Part shown: in pieces, positions 24,614 to 34,649 of the stretch
How the letters are laid out: every line of letters starts with the position of its first letter
How positions within the stretch are numbered: position 1 is the stretch's first letter
From: an uncultured Methylomirabilota bacterium
GTDB lineage: Bacteria > Methylomirabilota > Methylomirabilia > Methylomirabilales > 2-02-FULL-66-22
DNA length: 64,000 bases
Direction: 5' to 3'
Assembly (NCBI GenBank): GCA_963705305.1
Contig: OY970067.1
Coordinates: 4,480,001-4,544,000, forward strand
Made by a program: the position numbers and the translations under genes
Notes under the pieces: model-generated
The model's input: the letters and a program-made list of their open reading frames with translations, nothing else
What the model was told of the DNA's origin: nothing
Database searches by the model: none

Positions 24614-24685
24614 GTTCGGGATCGCATTCTCCCTTCGTCACGGGGCGGCTGCCCTGCGGTGTTCCGCCCCGGGAGGCACCCAGAG

Positions 24686-25720
24686 GTGAACAACCTCGTG
24701 GTGCTGAAGACGGCCGATCTCGATCCGTTCCTGTCCCGGCTTGCATGCCGGTACGACGTGTACCTCCCGGCCCAAACGCAGGGACAACGCATCCTCCGGA
24801 AATACCCCCACGCCACCGCGGATCCCGCGACGGGAGACGTTCGTCCGGTGGAGCCGCTCAAAGTGTTCTTCTCCCCTGCGCGGGAGCGGGTGGCCGAAGA
24901 TTTCGCCAGCCGCATGCCCCCGCCCCCACCCAAGCCGTTCGCCGCGGTCGGCGTCAAGGCATGCGATCTCAAGGCCCTCCGCGTCCAGGACCACGTTTTC
25001 AAGGACGCCGGGGTCCACGACCCCTTCTATCTCCGGAATCGCGAGCAGAACCTCATTCTCGCCGCCGATTGCACCGGTGCCCTCGATACCTGCTTCTGTC
25101 TGGCGCTGGGCGTCCAGCCGCACCCGCAGGAGAACTTCGACCTGAACTTTTCCCCGGTTCCCGGCGGCTTTGTCGTGGAGGCCGCCGGACCGAAGGGCCG
25201 GAGCCTGCTCCAGGAGCACTCCCACCTGTTTCATCCCGCCATGGACGCAGACCTGCGCGCCCGCGACGACCAGCGGGCGCGAGTCCGCGACGTGGTGGAG
25301 CGAAACCTCACAATGCAGGACATCCCGCGGCAGGATCAGTTCGGGGACATCATTCGGCACAATTGGGGCGCCGATCTCTGGCAGGAGGAGGCCCGGACGT
25401 GCGTCGAGTGCGGCGCCTGCACCGCCGTCTGCCCCACCTGCCACTGTTTTCTCCTCTATGACCAGCGAGACGACCGGCGGATGGAGCGATTGCGCACCTG
25501 GGACTCCTGCCTGATCAAGGACTACGCCAGAGTTGCCGGAGGCGGCAACCCGCGGAGGCGCCTCTGGATGAGGCTGCGCAACCGGTTTGACAAGAAGTTC
25601 GACTTCTTCCCGCGGGTGGCCGCCGTGTATGCGTGCACGGGCTGCGGGCGGTGCATCAGCGCCTGCCCGGGAAAGATCGACATCCGGAGAATCCTGAGAA
25701 GGCTGGTCAACCGTGCCTGA
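24686..25720 (+). CDS. AsrA/HydB-like 4Fe-4S protein (group 4-Mrp operon)
   Basis: GTG start after GGAGG; GVKACD, CFC, CVECGACTAVCPTCHC, CTGCGRCISACP. Confidence 0.88.
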   Translation: MNNLVVLKTADLDPFLSRLACRYDVYLPAQTQGQRILRKYPHATADPATGDVRPVEPLKVFFSPARERVAEDFASRMPPPPPKPFAAVGVKACDLKALRVQDHVFKDAGVHDPFYLRNREQNLILAADCTGALDTCFCLALGVQPHPQENFDLNFSPVPGGFVVEAAGPKGRSLLQEHSHLFHPAMDADLRARDDQRARVRDVVERNLTMQDIPRQDQFGDIIRHNWGADLWQEEARTCVECGACTAVCPTCHCFLLYDQRDDRRMERLRTWDSCLIKDYARVAGGGNPRRRLWMRLRNRFDKKFDFFPRVAAVYACTGCGRCISACPGKIDIRRILRRLVNRA

Positions 25721-26534
25721 ATCCAATCCGTACCGGCCCGTCAGGGCAGAGGTCTCGGAGGTCATCACCGAGACCCCGACCATCAAGACCATCCGGTTCC
25801 GACCCGAAGAGCCGATTCCCTTCCGCACCGGCCAATTCGTCCAGCTCACCATCCCCGGCGTCGGGGAGGCCCCCTTCACCCCCTCCTCGCCTCCGGCCGC
25901 CGGGGACTTCCTGGAAGTCAGCGTGATGCGGGTGGGCAAGGTCACCGGTGAGGTGCACCGTCTCGCCCCCGGGGATGCAATCGGGGTCCGCGGTCCCTTC
26001 GGCAACGGCTACCCGGTGGAGCGGCTCATCGGCAGAGAGGTCCTGGTGGTCGGCGGCGGATGCGGTTTTGCCCCCCTGCGCAGCCTGATGTACGCGCTCT
26101 TCAGCCTGAGCGGGCAGCTCAGGAAGCTGTACTTCCGTGGAGGCTGCAAGAGCCCCGGCGAGTTCCTGTACCGGCGGGAGATCGAGGGCTGGACCCAGCG
26201 GCCGGACCTCCAGGTCGAGCTGACGGTGGATCGGGGAGATGCCACCTGGACGGGGCCGGTGGGAGTGGTCACCACGATCCTGGACAGCGCGGAGATGGAT
26301 TACCCGAACGGCATCGCGATCGTCTGCGGGCCGCCCATCATGATGAAGTTCGCCACCATGAAGCTGCTGCAGATGGGCTTCCAAGAGGAGAACCTCTACC
26401 TGTCGATGGAAAAGAACATGTCGTGCGGGATCGGGAAGTGCGGCCACTGCCGCCTGGGCGTCCATTACCCGTGCCAGGACGGCCCGGTGTTCCGGTACGA
26501 CATGATCAAGCACGCCCCTGAACTCTGGGACTGA
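25713..26534 (+). CDS. AsrB/HydG-like FAD/NAD(P)-binding protein
   Basis: GQFVQL, RGPFGNGYP, GGGCGFAPLR, CGPPIMM, CGIGKCGHC. Confidence 0.9.
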   Translation: MPESNPYRPVRAEVSEVITETPTIKTIRFRPEEPIPFRTGQFVQLTIPGVGEAPFTPSSPPAAGDFLEVSVMRVGKVTGEVHRLAPGDAIGVRGPFGNGYPVERLIGREVLVVGGGCGFAPLRSLMYALFSLSGQLRKLYFRGGCKSPGEFLYRREIEGWTQRPDLQVELTVDRGDATWTGPVGVVTTILDSAEMDYPNGIAIVCGPPIMMKFATMKLLQMGFQEENLYLSMEKNMSCGIGKCGHCRLGVHYPCQDGPVFRYDMIKHAPELWD

Positions 26535-26538
26535 TCCG

Positions 26539-27114
26539 ATGGCCGAGATCACCACCAGCGCGGAAGAGCTGCACCGGGCCCGCTTGAATCCGGCGCCCCG
26601 ACCGGGGGAGGATGTGCGGCTGTGGGTGGACCTCGACCGCTGCGCCGCGGGCGAGTGCAGGGGGTGCGTGATCCAGTGCAGCTACTACTATCACCCCCAG
26701 GCGCCCGGCAACACCGGAATTATCTCGGTGGTCGAGCTGGCAACCTACGCCCTGGTGTGCCGCCGCTGCCAGGAGTCGCACTGCGTGAAGGCCTGCCCCG
26801 CCGAGGCGCTCCAGCAGCAGGCCGACCGGGGGGGGCTGCTGATCCGGCACGCCATGCGCTGCGTGAGCTGCAAGTCCTGCTCGCACGCCTGCCCCTACGG
26901 CACCATCTACCCGTCCCACGTGCCGCTGTTGATCCACAACTGCGATTACTGCCTGGACCGCCGGGACAGCGGGGACGAGCCGCTGTGCGTGCGGACCTGT
27001 CCGCACGGGGCTCTCGGCCTCAGACGCGCCGATATCGCGCTCGACGAGCACACGTTCCTGGTGGGCGACCACCTGATCGTCCACTCCACGCACTGGCGCC
27101 GGGAGACGGCCTGA
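26539..27114 (+). CDS. 4Fe-4S dicluster electron-transfer protein (HycB/HydN-like)
   Basis: CRRCQESHCVKACP, CVSCKSCSHACPYG, CDYC...CVRTCP. Confidence 0.85.
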   Translation: MAEITTSAEELHRARLNPAPRPGEDVRLWVDLDRCAAGECRGCVIQCSYYYHPQAPGNTGIISVVELATYALVCRRCQESHCVKACPAEALQQQADRGGLLIRHAMRCVSCKSCSHACPYGTIYPSHVPLLIHNCDYCLDRRDSGDEPLCVRTCPHGALGLRRADIALDEHTFLVGDHLIVHSTHWRRETA

Positions 27115-28034
27115 TGGCCTTCGTGCATCTCCTGCTGCTGGGGTGCCTGCTCACCGCCGCCCTCGGGCTGCTGGCCAGCTGGCTGGACCGCAAGCTGACC
27201 GCCCGCATCCAGTACCGCACGGGCCCCCCGCTCTGGCAGCCCGCCGTCAACGTCCTCAAGCTCTTGGGGAAAGAAAATCTCGTCCCGGCGGGCGCCTCCA
27301 AGATCATCTTCCTGGGCGCGCCGCTGCTCGGCTTTGCCGGCGTGGTGCTGGTGGCCACGCTGCTCTGGCAGAACAGCCTGACCCCCGGCCGCTCCTTCAC
27401 CGGGGACGTGATCGTGGTCCTGTACCTGCTGGCCATCCCGTCGATCAGTGTCATGGCGGGCGGGTTCGCCTCGGGCAATCCGCTGGCCAGCCTGGGGGCC
27501 GGCCGCGAGATGAAGCTGCTCCTCGGCTACGAGCTGCCCTTCCTGCTGGCGGTGCTGGTTCCCGTCATCAAGACGGGCTATTCCCTGCGTCTGGGGGACA
27601 TCATCGCCGCCCAGGTCCGGAGCGGCCTGGTGGCCGCCAGTCCCTCCGGGCTGCTGGCTTTGGGGGCAGCCATTCTGTGCGTGCAGGCCAAGCTCGGCCT
27701 GGTTCCGTTCGACCTGGCCGAGGCGGAGACCGAGATCGTCGGCGGCCCCCTAATCGAGTATTCGGGGGCGCCCATGGCCGTCTACCGGCTGACCAAGAGC
27801 ATGCTGCTCTTCGTCCTGCCCTTCCTCCTGGTGACCCTCTTCCTTGGCGGCCTCCGCTGGGACGGCGCGTCGCTGGCCCGGGGGGCGCTGGAAATGGCGG
27901 CCCTGGTCGCCGTCCTCAGCGTGATTCGCAACACCAACCCGCGGGTGCGGATCGACCAGATGCTCCGATTCTTCTGGGGCCGAGTGGCGGTCGTCGCGGC
28001 TGCCGCCGTGCTCCTGGCCCTGCTGGGGAGATAG
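27114..28034 (+). CDS. NuoH/HycD/MbhM-like membrane subunit
   Basis: DRKLTARIQYRTGPP, PFDLAEAETEI...EYSG, NPRVRIDQ. Confidence 0.92.
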   Translation: MAFVHLLLLGCLLTAALGLLASWLDRKLTARIQYRTGPPLWQPAVNVLKLLGKENLVPAGASKIIFLGAPLLGFAGVVLVATLLWQNSLTPGRSFTGDVIVVLYLLAIPSISVMAGGFASGNPLASLGAGREMKLLLGYELPFLLAVLVPVIKTGYSLRLGDIIAAQVRSGLVAASPSGLLALGAAILCVQAKLGLVPFDLAEAETEIVGGPLIEYSGAPMAVYRLTKSMLLFVLPFLLVTLFLGGLRWDGASLARGALEMAALVAVLSVIRNTNPRVRIDQMLRFFWGRVAVVAAAAVLLALLGR

Positions 28035-28035
28035 G

Positions 28036-28464
28036 ATGGGCCTGAAGCTCGCCGCGCTGCTGAAATCCCCGTGGGTCTTTCACCTGTCCACGGGCAGCTG
28101 CAACAACTGCGACATCGAGGTTCTGGACTGCCTGACGCCGCGCTTCGACGTGGAGCGGTTCGGGATCCTCCTGGCCGGAAGCATCAAACAGGCGGATGTC
28201 CTCCTGGTCACGGGGTCGGGCAACCGGAAATCGATGGAGCGGGTCAAGCGGCTTTACACCCAGGCCCCCCAGCCCTGTCTGGTCGCGGCGATCGGGGAGT
28301 GCGCCCTGTCCCGCGGCATGTTCATCCACAGCTACAACTGTCCGCTGCCGGTGGACAGGGTCCTCCCGGTGGATATCTACATCCCCGGCTGTCCGCCCAA
28401 GCCCGAGGCGATCATCGCCGGGATCCTCAAGCTGGCGGCCAAGGTGAAGGGGGGCGCGGCATGA
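28036..28464 (+). CDS. Group 4 hydrogenase small subunit (NuoB-like)
   Basis: GSCNNCDIE, GEC, IPGCPPKP. Confidence 0.92.
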   Translation: MGLKLAALLKSPWVFHLSTGSCNNCDIEVLDCLTPRFDVERFGILLAGSIKQADVLLVTGSGNRKSMERVKRLYTQAPQPCLVAAIGECALSRGMFIHSYNCPLPVDRVLPVDIYIPGCPPKPEAIIAGILKLAAKVKGGAA

Positions 28465-28934
28465 CCCGGGACGAGGTGCTGGCGGAGCTGGCGGGCCGCT
28501 TCGCGGAGAGTATCCTCGACGTCCGGAGGCCCTCCCCCGCCCGGGCCTACGTCGAGATCCGGCCCGCGGCTGTCCGGGCCATCGCCGGCCATCTCTTCCA
28601 CGACCGGGGCGCGCGCTTCAATACCGCCTCGGGGGTGGACGGGCGCGACCGGATGGAGATCCTCTACCACTTCACCCTGGAGGAGATCAACCTGCTGGTC
28701 TCCCTGCGCGTCCGGCTGCCCAAGACCAACCCGGAGGTCGAGTCCCTGACGCCGCTGTTCGAGGCCGCCAACTGGGTCGAGCGCGAGATGCACGAGCTGC
28801 TGGGAATCCACTTCACGGGCCATCCGGACCTGCGCCGGCTGCTGCTGCCCGAGGAGTGGCCGGAGGGGGTGTATCCCCTGCGCCGGGAGTACCGCGAGTG
28901 GGATCCGCAGGCCATCCGCGACCGGGGCGTCTGA
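28461..28934 (+). CDS. NuoC-like subunit
   Basis: ANWVEREMHELLGIHFTGHPDLRRLLLPEEWP...PLR. Confidence 0.9.
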   Translation: MTRDEVLAELAGRFAESILDVRRPSPARAYVEIRPAAVRAIAGHLFHDRGARFNTASGVDGRDRMEILYHFTLEEINLLVSLRVRLPKTNPEVESLTPLFEAANWVEREMHELLGIHFTGHPDLRRLLLPEEWPEGVYPLRREYREWDPQAIRDRGV

Positions 28935-30118
28935 TGCCGAGGACCATCGTCCCCATCGGCCCGTACCATCCGCTCCAGGAAGAGCCGGAGTTCTTCACCC
29001 TCACGGTGGACGGCGAGCTCGTCGTGGACATCGACGTCCGCATCGGCTACAACCACCGCGGCATCGAGAAGCTCTCCGAGATGAAGACCTTCGACCAGTC
29101 CACCTTCGTGGTGGAGCGGATCTGCGGCATCTGCTCCACCAGCCACCCGCTGGCCTTCGTCCAGGCGGTGGAGGACATCTGCCTGGTGGAGGTGCCGGAG
29201 CGGGCCAAGTACATCCGCACCATCATCGCGGAGGGCGAGCGGGTGCACTCGCATCTGCTCTGGCTGGGGCTGGCCGGCCACTTCCTGGGGTACAACACGG
29301 TGTACATGTGGGCCTGGAAGCTGCGCGAGGAGATCCTGGACGTCATGGAGATTCTCTCCGGCAACCGGAACAACTACGGGATGTTCAAACCCGGCGGGGT
29401 CCGGCGGGACCTGCGGGCGGAGAATATCCCCGGCGTGCTGAAGAAGATCGATTCCATCGTCCCCACCCTGGAGATGCTGCGGAAGGCCGTCCTGGACGAC
29501 CCCGTCCTGCAGGCCCGCACCAAGGGGATCGGGATCCTGTCGCGGGAGGCGGCCATCGCCTACAGCGCGCTGGGGCCCACGGCCAGGGCCTCCGGGGTGG
29601 CCAGGGACGTGCGGAAGGATTGCCCCTACGCCGCCTACGATCAGCTCGACTGGAACATGATCGTCCTCCAGGGCGGCGACGTGTTCGACAAGCTGCTCCT
29701 CCGGATCCTGGAGACGTTCGAATCGATCAAGATCCTCCGGCAGTGCCTGCGGAGGCTGCCGCCTGGGGAGATCGACGCCAAGCTCACCTCCATCCCCCCG
29801 GGCGAGGGCATCGGCCAGCACGAGGCCCCCCGCGGGGAGACCTTCCACTACGTGCGGAGCGACGGCACCAATCGCCCCGCCCGCCACAAGGTCCGCGCCC
29901 CCACCTTCATGAATCTGCCCACCTACAAGGCCACCATCGTCGGGGGGACCCTGTCGGATGCGACCATCATCCTGGCTGCCATCGACCCGTGCTACTGCTG
30001 CACGGAGCGGCTGGCCGTGCGGGATCTCCGGGGCAGGAAGATCCACGGCGGGCCGGACCTGGTCCGCCTGTCGCAGGAGAAGACGGAGCGGCTCCGAAAG
30101 CACGGGGGTGCGATATGA
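28934..30118 (+). CDS. Group 4 [NiFe]-hydrogenase large subunit (Mrp-linked, 4d/4g-like)
   Basis: GYNHRGIEK, L1 ERICGIC, L2 DPCYCCTER with C-terminal extension; all four Ni-binding Cys present. Confidence 0.9.
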   Translation: MPRTIVPIGPYHPLQEEPEFFTLTVDGELVVDIDVRIGYNHRGIEKLSEMKTFDQSTFVVERICGICSTSHPLAFVQAVEDICLVEVPERAKYIRTIIAEGERVHSHLLWLGLAGHFLGYNTVYMWAWKLREEILDVMEILSGNRNNYGMFKPGGVRRDLRAENIPGVLKKIDSIVPTLEMLRKAVLDDPVLQARTKGIGILSREAAIAYSALGPTARASGVARDVRKDCPYAAYDQLDWNMIVLQGGDVFDKLLLRILETFESIKILRQCLRRLPPGEIDAKLTSIPPGEGIGQHEAPRGETFHYVRSDGTNRPARHKVRAPTFMNLPTYKATIVGGTLSDATIILAAIDPCYCCTERLAVRDLRGRKIHGGPDLVRLSQEKTERLRKHGGAI

Positions 30119-31761
30119 GCCGGCTGGGCGCGTACGTGTTGGCCGATCCGCTGTCGCTGTTCATCGCGGCGGCCGTGCTGTTCTTCTCCCTGCTCACGCT
30201 GCTGTACTCCGCCCGCTTCATGCGGGGTCGGGAGCGGCTCGGGCGTTACTACACCTTTCTCCTGCTCACCCTCCTGACCGCCCTGGGGGCCGCGCTGGCG
30301 AGCCATCTGGTGGTCTTCCTGGTCTTCTGGGGCTTCCTGGCCCTTCTGCTCTATCTGCTGATCGGGCTCGGTTCCACCCGCGAGACCCCCTCCACCGCCA
30401 AGAAGACGCTCATCATCGTGGGGGGCAGCGACGCCGTGATGCTCCTGGGGGTGGCCCTGGTCTGGCACCTGGCCGGCTCGCTCTGGATGGACGAGATTCA
30501 TCTGGATCTGGCCTCCTGGCCGGCGACGGCGGCGTGGCTGTGCCTGGTGGCAGGCGCCCTGGCCAAGGCGGGTGGCATGCCCTTCCATTCCTGGGTGCCC
30601 GACACCGCCGCCGATGCGCCGATTCCGGTCACAGCGCTTTTGCCCGCCGCGCTGGACAAGCTCCTGGGGATCTACCTGCTGGCCAGGACCTGCCTGACCC
30701 TCTTCCGGATGACGCCGGCAGCCAACACCGTTCTCATGATCGCGGGAAGCATCACTGTCCTGGCCGCCGTCATGATGGCCCTCGTCCAGCACGACATGAA
30801 GCGACTGCTGGGCTACCACGCCGTGAGCCAGGTCGGGTACATGGTCATGGGGATCGGAACGGGGAGCCCGGTGGGGATCGCGGGCGGATTGTTCCACATG
30901 CTGAATCACGCCATCTACAAGTCGTGCCTCTTCTTCGGGTGCGGGGCGGTGGAACAGGAGGCCGGGACCACCCGCCTGGAGAACCTGGGAGGTCTGGCCC
31001 GCACGATGCCGATCACTTTCGGCGCGTTCCTGGTGGCATCCCTGGCCATCTCCGGCGTCCCGCCCCTCAATGGCTTCGCCTCCAAGTGGATGATCTATCA
31101 GGGCATCATCGAATCCGCGCGCGGCGGCGAGCGCCTCTGGGTGCTGTGGCTGGTCGCCGCCATGTTCGGCAGCGCCCTGACCCTGGCCAGCTTCCTGAAG
31201 GTGCTGCATGCGGTCTTCCTCGGCCAGCCGGCCGGCCGGCGGATCGCCTCGGAGCACGAGACCGGCCCGCCCATGTGGATCCCGACGGCCGTCCTGGCCC
31301 TGCTCTGCCTGCTGTTCGGGGTGTGGGCCGTTCCGTTGCCGCTGCACTTCCTCATCTATCCCGCCCTGGGCTTCGCACCGGCCTTTCCCGGCGTCTGGAC
31401 CGCCGGCCTGGCGACGGGCCTGATCCTCGCCGCCCTGGGGGTCGGCTTCCTGATGGCCTGGGGGGGAAACGTGCTGACGACCCGCGAAACCGAGGTCTTC
31501 GTCGGCGGCGAGCCGCTCCAGGCCCACCCGGAGATGCGCGTTTCCGGGGCGGAGTTTTACCACACCATCCGGACCATGGGCGGCCTGAAGGCCGTCTACG
31601 ACCGGGCGGAGCAGAGAAAGCTGGATCCCTACACCATCGCGATCGCCGTCACGGGTGTGCTGACCAAGGGGCTGCAGCGCCTGCACAACGGGATCCTGCC
31701 GACCTACTTGGCCTGGTGTCTGCTGGGGGCGGCGGTGCTGTGTCTCCTGCTGCTTCGGTGA
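30115..31761 (+). CDS. Antiporter-like membrane subunit (MrpA/NuoL/HyfB-like)
   Basis: PFHSWVPD, KRLLGYHAVSQVGY, NHAIYKSCLF, GVPPLNGFASKW. Confidence 0.9.
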   Translation: MSRLGAYVLADPLSLFIAAAVLFFSLLTLLYSARFMRGRERLGRYYTFLLLTLLTALGAALASHLVVFLVFWGFLALLLYLLIGLGSTRETPSTAKKTLIIVGGSDAVMLLGVALVWHLAGSLWMDEIHLDLASWPATAAWLCLVAGALAKAGGMPFHSWVPDTAADAPIPVTALLPAALDKLLGIYLLARTCLTLFRMTPAANTVLMIAGSITVLAAVMMALVQHDMKRLLGYHAVSQVGYMVMGIGTGSPVGIAGGLFHMLNHAIYKSCLFFGCGAVEQEAGTTRLENLGGLARTMPITFGAFLVASLAISGVPPLNGFASKWMIYQGIIESARGGERLWVLWLVAAMFGSALTLASFLKVLHAVFLGQPAGRRIASEHETGPPMWIPTAVLALLCLLFGVWAVPLPLHFLIYPALGFAPAFPGVWTAGLATGLILAALGVGFLMAWGGNVLTTRETEVFVGGEPLQAHPEMRVSGAEFYHTIRTMGGLKAVYDRAEQRKLDPYTIAIAVTGVLTKGLQRLHNGILPTYLAWCLLGAAVLCLLLLR

Positions 31762-31822
31762 GCGAGGTCCCGGGAATCCGTCGCCCCTTCTGTCCGGGCG
31801 GCGGGGCCCGGAGGGATGGCCG

Positions 31823-32368
31823 ATGATCGACCTGTACACGCTGCTGGTCTTCATGATCATCGGGGCGCTGGTGGCCCTCGAGCTGACGGATCTGCTCTCG
31901 GCGGTCGTCTCGGTCAGCGCCGTGGGCCTGGGCATTTCGATGACGTTCCTGGTCCTCAAGGCCCCCGAGGTGGCCATCACGCAGCTGGTGGTGGAGATCC
32001 TGTGCCTGATCATCCTCATCCGCGCGACCCTCCAGCGGGACCTCCCCTTTTCCACATCGGGCCGCTGGTATGTGAACACGGCCATCGCCCTGGCGTTTGT
32101 GGGCGTGTTCCTGGCAAGCGTCTCCCTGGCCCTCCGGAAGCTGCCGGCGTTCGGGTCGCCGATCATGCGCGTGGCCTCCATCTATCTCCGCGACGGCTTC
32201 GTCCAGACCGGCGCAACGAACCTGGTCGCCGCGGTGGTGCTGAATTACCGCGCCTATGATCGACTCGGCGAGTCGACCGCCCTGTTCACGGCCTTCATGG
32301 CCGTGCTGGCGCTGCTTCGCCGCCGCGGCCGGAGGAGGGCGGGCGGCGCGGAGGGGGAAGAGGAATGA
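31823..32368 (+). CDS. MbhD/MbhE-like (DUF4040) Mrp subunit
   Basis: APEVAITQ, NLVAAVVLNYRAYD-LGE. Confidence 0.85.
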   Translation: MIDLYTLLVFMIIGALVALELTDLLSAVVSVSAVGLGISMTFLVLKAPEVAITQLVVEILCLIILIRATLQRDLPFSTSGRWYVNTAIALAFVGVFLASVSLALRKLPAFGSPIMRVASIYLRDGFVQTGATNLVAAVVLNYRAYDRLGESTALFTAFMAVLALLRRRGRRRAGGAEGEEE

Positions 32369-32817
32369 GCCCGGAGGCCGATCGGGAGTTCTCGGTGATC
32401 GTCCGCACCGTCGCCCGCAGCGTGGTGCGGGTCATGTTGATCTTCGGATTCTACATCGTTCTGCACGGACAGATCACCCATGGGGACGGCTTCGCAGGCG
32501 GGGTGATCATCGCCCTGGCCTTCGTCATGCTCCTGCTGGTCTTCGGAGAGGAGATCGCCTGGAGCATCTTCTCGCGGCCCGCGGCCACCCGGCTGGGCAG
32601 CCTGGGGGCCCTGGGCCTGCTGGCGATCGCCGCGCTGGGCTTCACCGGCGGCTACTTCTTCTACAACTTTCTGGGCCGGGGCCAGGCCTTCCAGTTCTGG
32701 AGCGGCGGCATCATCCCCGTCTGCAACATCGCCATCGGCGTGCTGGCGAGCGCCGCCCTCTTCGGAATCTATGCCGCCCTGTCCCTGTTCACGCCCGATT
32801 CGGAAAGGAAGCCCTGA
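32365..32817 (+). CDS. MrpB/MnhB-like subunit
   Basis: LHGQITHGDGFAGG, hydrophobic helices. Confidence 0.85.
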   Translation: MSPEADREFSVIVRTVARSVVRVMLIFGFYIVLHGQITHGDGFAGGVIIALAFVMLLLVFGEEIAWSIFSRPAATRLGSLGALGLLAIAALGFTGGYFFYNFLGRGQAFQFWSGGIIPVCNIAIGVLASAALFGIYAALSLFTPDSERKP

Positions 32818-33152
32818 TGGCCTACTGGCTCTGCCTGGCCCTCTTCTGCATCGGTCTCTACGGCATCCTGCGGAAGCGCAGCCTCATCAAGATCATCATC
32901 GGGATCATCATCTGCGAGTACGCCGCGAACCTCCTGTTCATCCTCATGGGGTACCGATGGGAGGGCCGCGCGCCCATCCTGGATCCCGGAGCCACCATCG
33001 AGAACATGGTGGATCCCCTGCCGCAGTCGGTCGTCCTCACCACGATCGTGATCGGCCTGGCGACCACCATCCTCCTGGTGGCGCTGGCCATGCGGCTGTA
33101 CGAGAAGTATGGCACCTTCGATATCACCAAGATCCGGGAGCTCCGGGGATGA
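32817..33152 (+). CDS. MrpC/MnhC-like subunit
   Basis: DPLPQSVVLTTIVIG. Confidence 0.88.
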   Translation: MAYWLCLALFCIGLYGILRKRSLIKIIIGIIICEYAANLLFILMGYRWEGRAPILDPGATIENMVDPLPQSVVLTTIVIGLATTILLVALAMRLYEKYGTFDITKIRELRG

Positions 33153-34648
33153 GCGAATCCAGCCTGCTCCCCTTCTTCGTCGCCACCCCGCTGGCGGGAG
33201 CCTTCCTGGCCGCCCTGCTGGGAAGAACCTGGAGGCGCCTGCCGGAGCGCCTGGCGGTCCTGCTGTCCGGCGCCCTGTTCCTGCTGTCGCTCGTGCTGCT
33301 GCGGGCCTCCCTGGCCCGCGGGCCGCTCGTCCACTTCCTGGGCGGCTGGAAGCCCCCCGCGGGGATCCTCATGGTCGGCGACGGCCTGACCGCGTTCATG
33401 CTCGTCACGGTGTACGGGGTGGCGTCCTGCATCGCCCTCTTCTCGCTCTCCTACATGCGGCAGTACACCAGCCCCTGGCTGTTCTACACCCTGTTCCTGC
33501 TGATCCTGGCCGGGATGAGCGGGGTGCTCGTGACCGGGGACCTGTTCGACCTCTTCGTGTATCTGGAGGTCACCTCGCTCGCCGCGTGCGCGCTGGTGGG
33601 GTTCGGGACGGAGCGCCACGAGCTGGAGGCGGCGTTCAAGTACGGCGTGATGAACACCGTGGGCGCCCTCTTCATTCTCCTCGGGATCGCCTTTCTGTAC
33701 GGATACGCATCCACGCTCAACCTGGCCGACCTGGCCCGGACCTTGGCCGCCAAGGGCGGCGGCGGCCCGGTGATCCCGCTGGTGAGCGTGCTCTTCCTGG
33801 TCGGCTTCGGCCTGAAGGGGGCAATCGTTCCCTTCCACGGGTGGCTGCCGGACGCGCACCCGTCGGCGCCCGCCCCCATCTCGGCCATGCTCTCGGGGCT
33901 CATCATCAAGTGCCTCGGTGTGTATGCCCTGTTCCGAATCCTGTTCTGCGTGCTGGGCATGACGCCGATGTTGGCCGCCGTCCTGATGGGGCTCGGGACC
34001 CTGTCCATGCTGGTGGGGGTCCTGCTCGCCGTCGGCCAGTGGGACCTGAAGCGGCTGTTGGCCTACCACTCGATCAGCCAGATCGGGTACGTGATCCTGG
34101 GCGTCGGGTTGGGCACCCCCCTCGGAATCGTGGGAGGGCTGTACCATCTCTTCAACCACGCGGTCTTCAAGTCGCTCCTCTTCCTGAACTCGGGCGCCCT
34201 CGAATACGCCACCGGAACCCGGGACTTGCAGGAGATGGGGGGGCTGTCGACCCGTATGCCCGTGACCACAACGACCAATCTCGTCGCCTCGATGTCCATC
34301 GCAGGCATCCCCCCCTTCAACGGCTTCTGGAGCAAGCTGCTGATCATCGTCGCCGCCGTGCAGGCCGACCGGTACGGGTATGCGGCCGCCGCCGTGGTGG
34401 CCAGCATCCTGACCCTGGCATCCTTCGCCAAGGTGATGAAATACGCCTATCGCGGCGACCTGAGAGAGCGGTGGAACGGCGTGCAGGAAGTCCCCCGTCC
34501 CATGCAGTGGGCGATGGCGGCGCTCGCGGTGGTGTGCCTGGCGGGAGGACTCCTGCTCCTCCCCGCCCTGCGCGAGCTCTTCCTCCATCCGGCGGCGAAG
34601 GTGCTCCTCAACGGCACCGCCTACGCCAGGCTCGTCGGAGGGATCTGA
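33149..34648 (+). CDS. MrpD/MnhD-like subunit
   Basis: DLFVYLEV, EAAFKY, PFHGWLPDAHPSAP, KRLLAYHSISQ, GIPPFNGFWSK. Confidence 0.92.
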   Translation: MSESSLLPFFVATPLAGAFLAALLGRTWRRLPERLAVLLSGALFLLSLVLLRASLARGPLVHFLGGWKPPAGILMVGDGLTAFMLVTVYGVASCIALFSLSYMRQYTSPWLFYTLFLLILAGMSGVLVTGDLFDLFVYLEVTSLAACALVGFGTERHELEAAFKYGVMNTVGALFILLGIAFLYGYASTLNLADLARTLAAKGGGGPVIPLVSVLFLVGFGLKGAIVPFHGWLPDAHPSAPAPISAMLSGLIIKCLGVYALFRILFCVLGMTPMLAAVLMGLGTLSMLVGVLLAVGQWDLKRLLAYHSISQIGYVILGVGLGTPLGIVGGLYHLFNHAVFKSLLFLNSGALEYATGTRDLQEMGGLSTRMPVTTTTNLVASMSIAGIPPFNGFWSKLLIIVAAVQADRYGYAAAAVVASILTLASFAKVMKYAYRGDLRERWNGVQEVPRPMQWAMAALAVVCLAGGLLLLPALRELFLHPAAKVLLNGTAYARLVGGI

Positions 34649-34649
34649 C

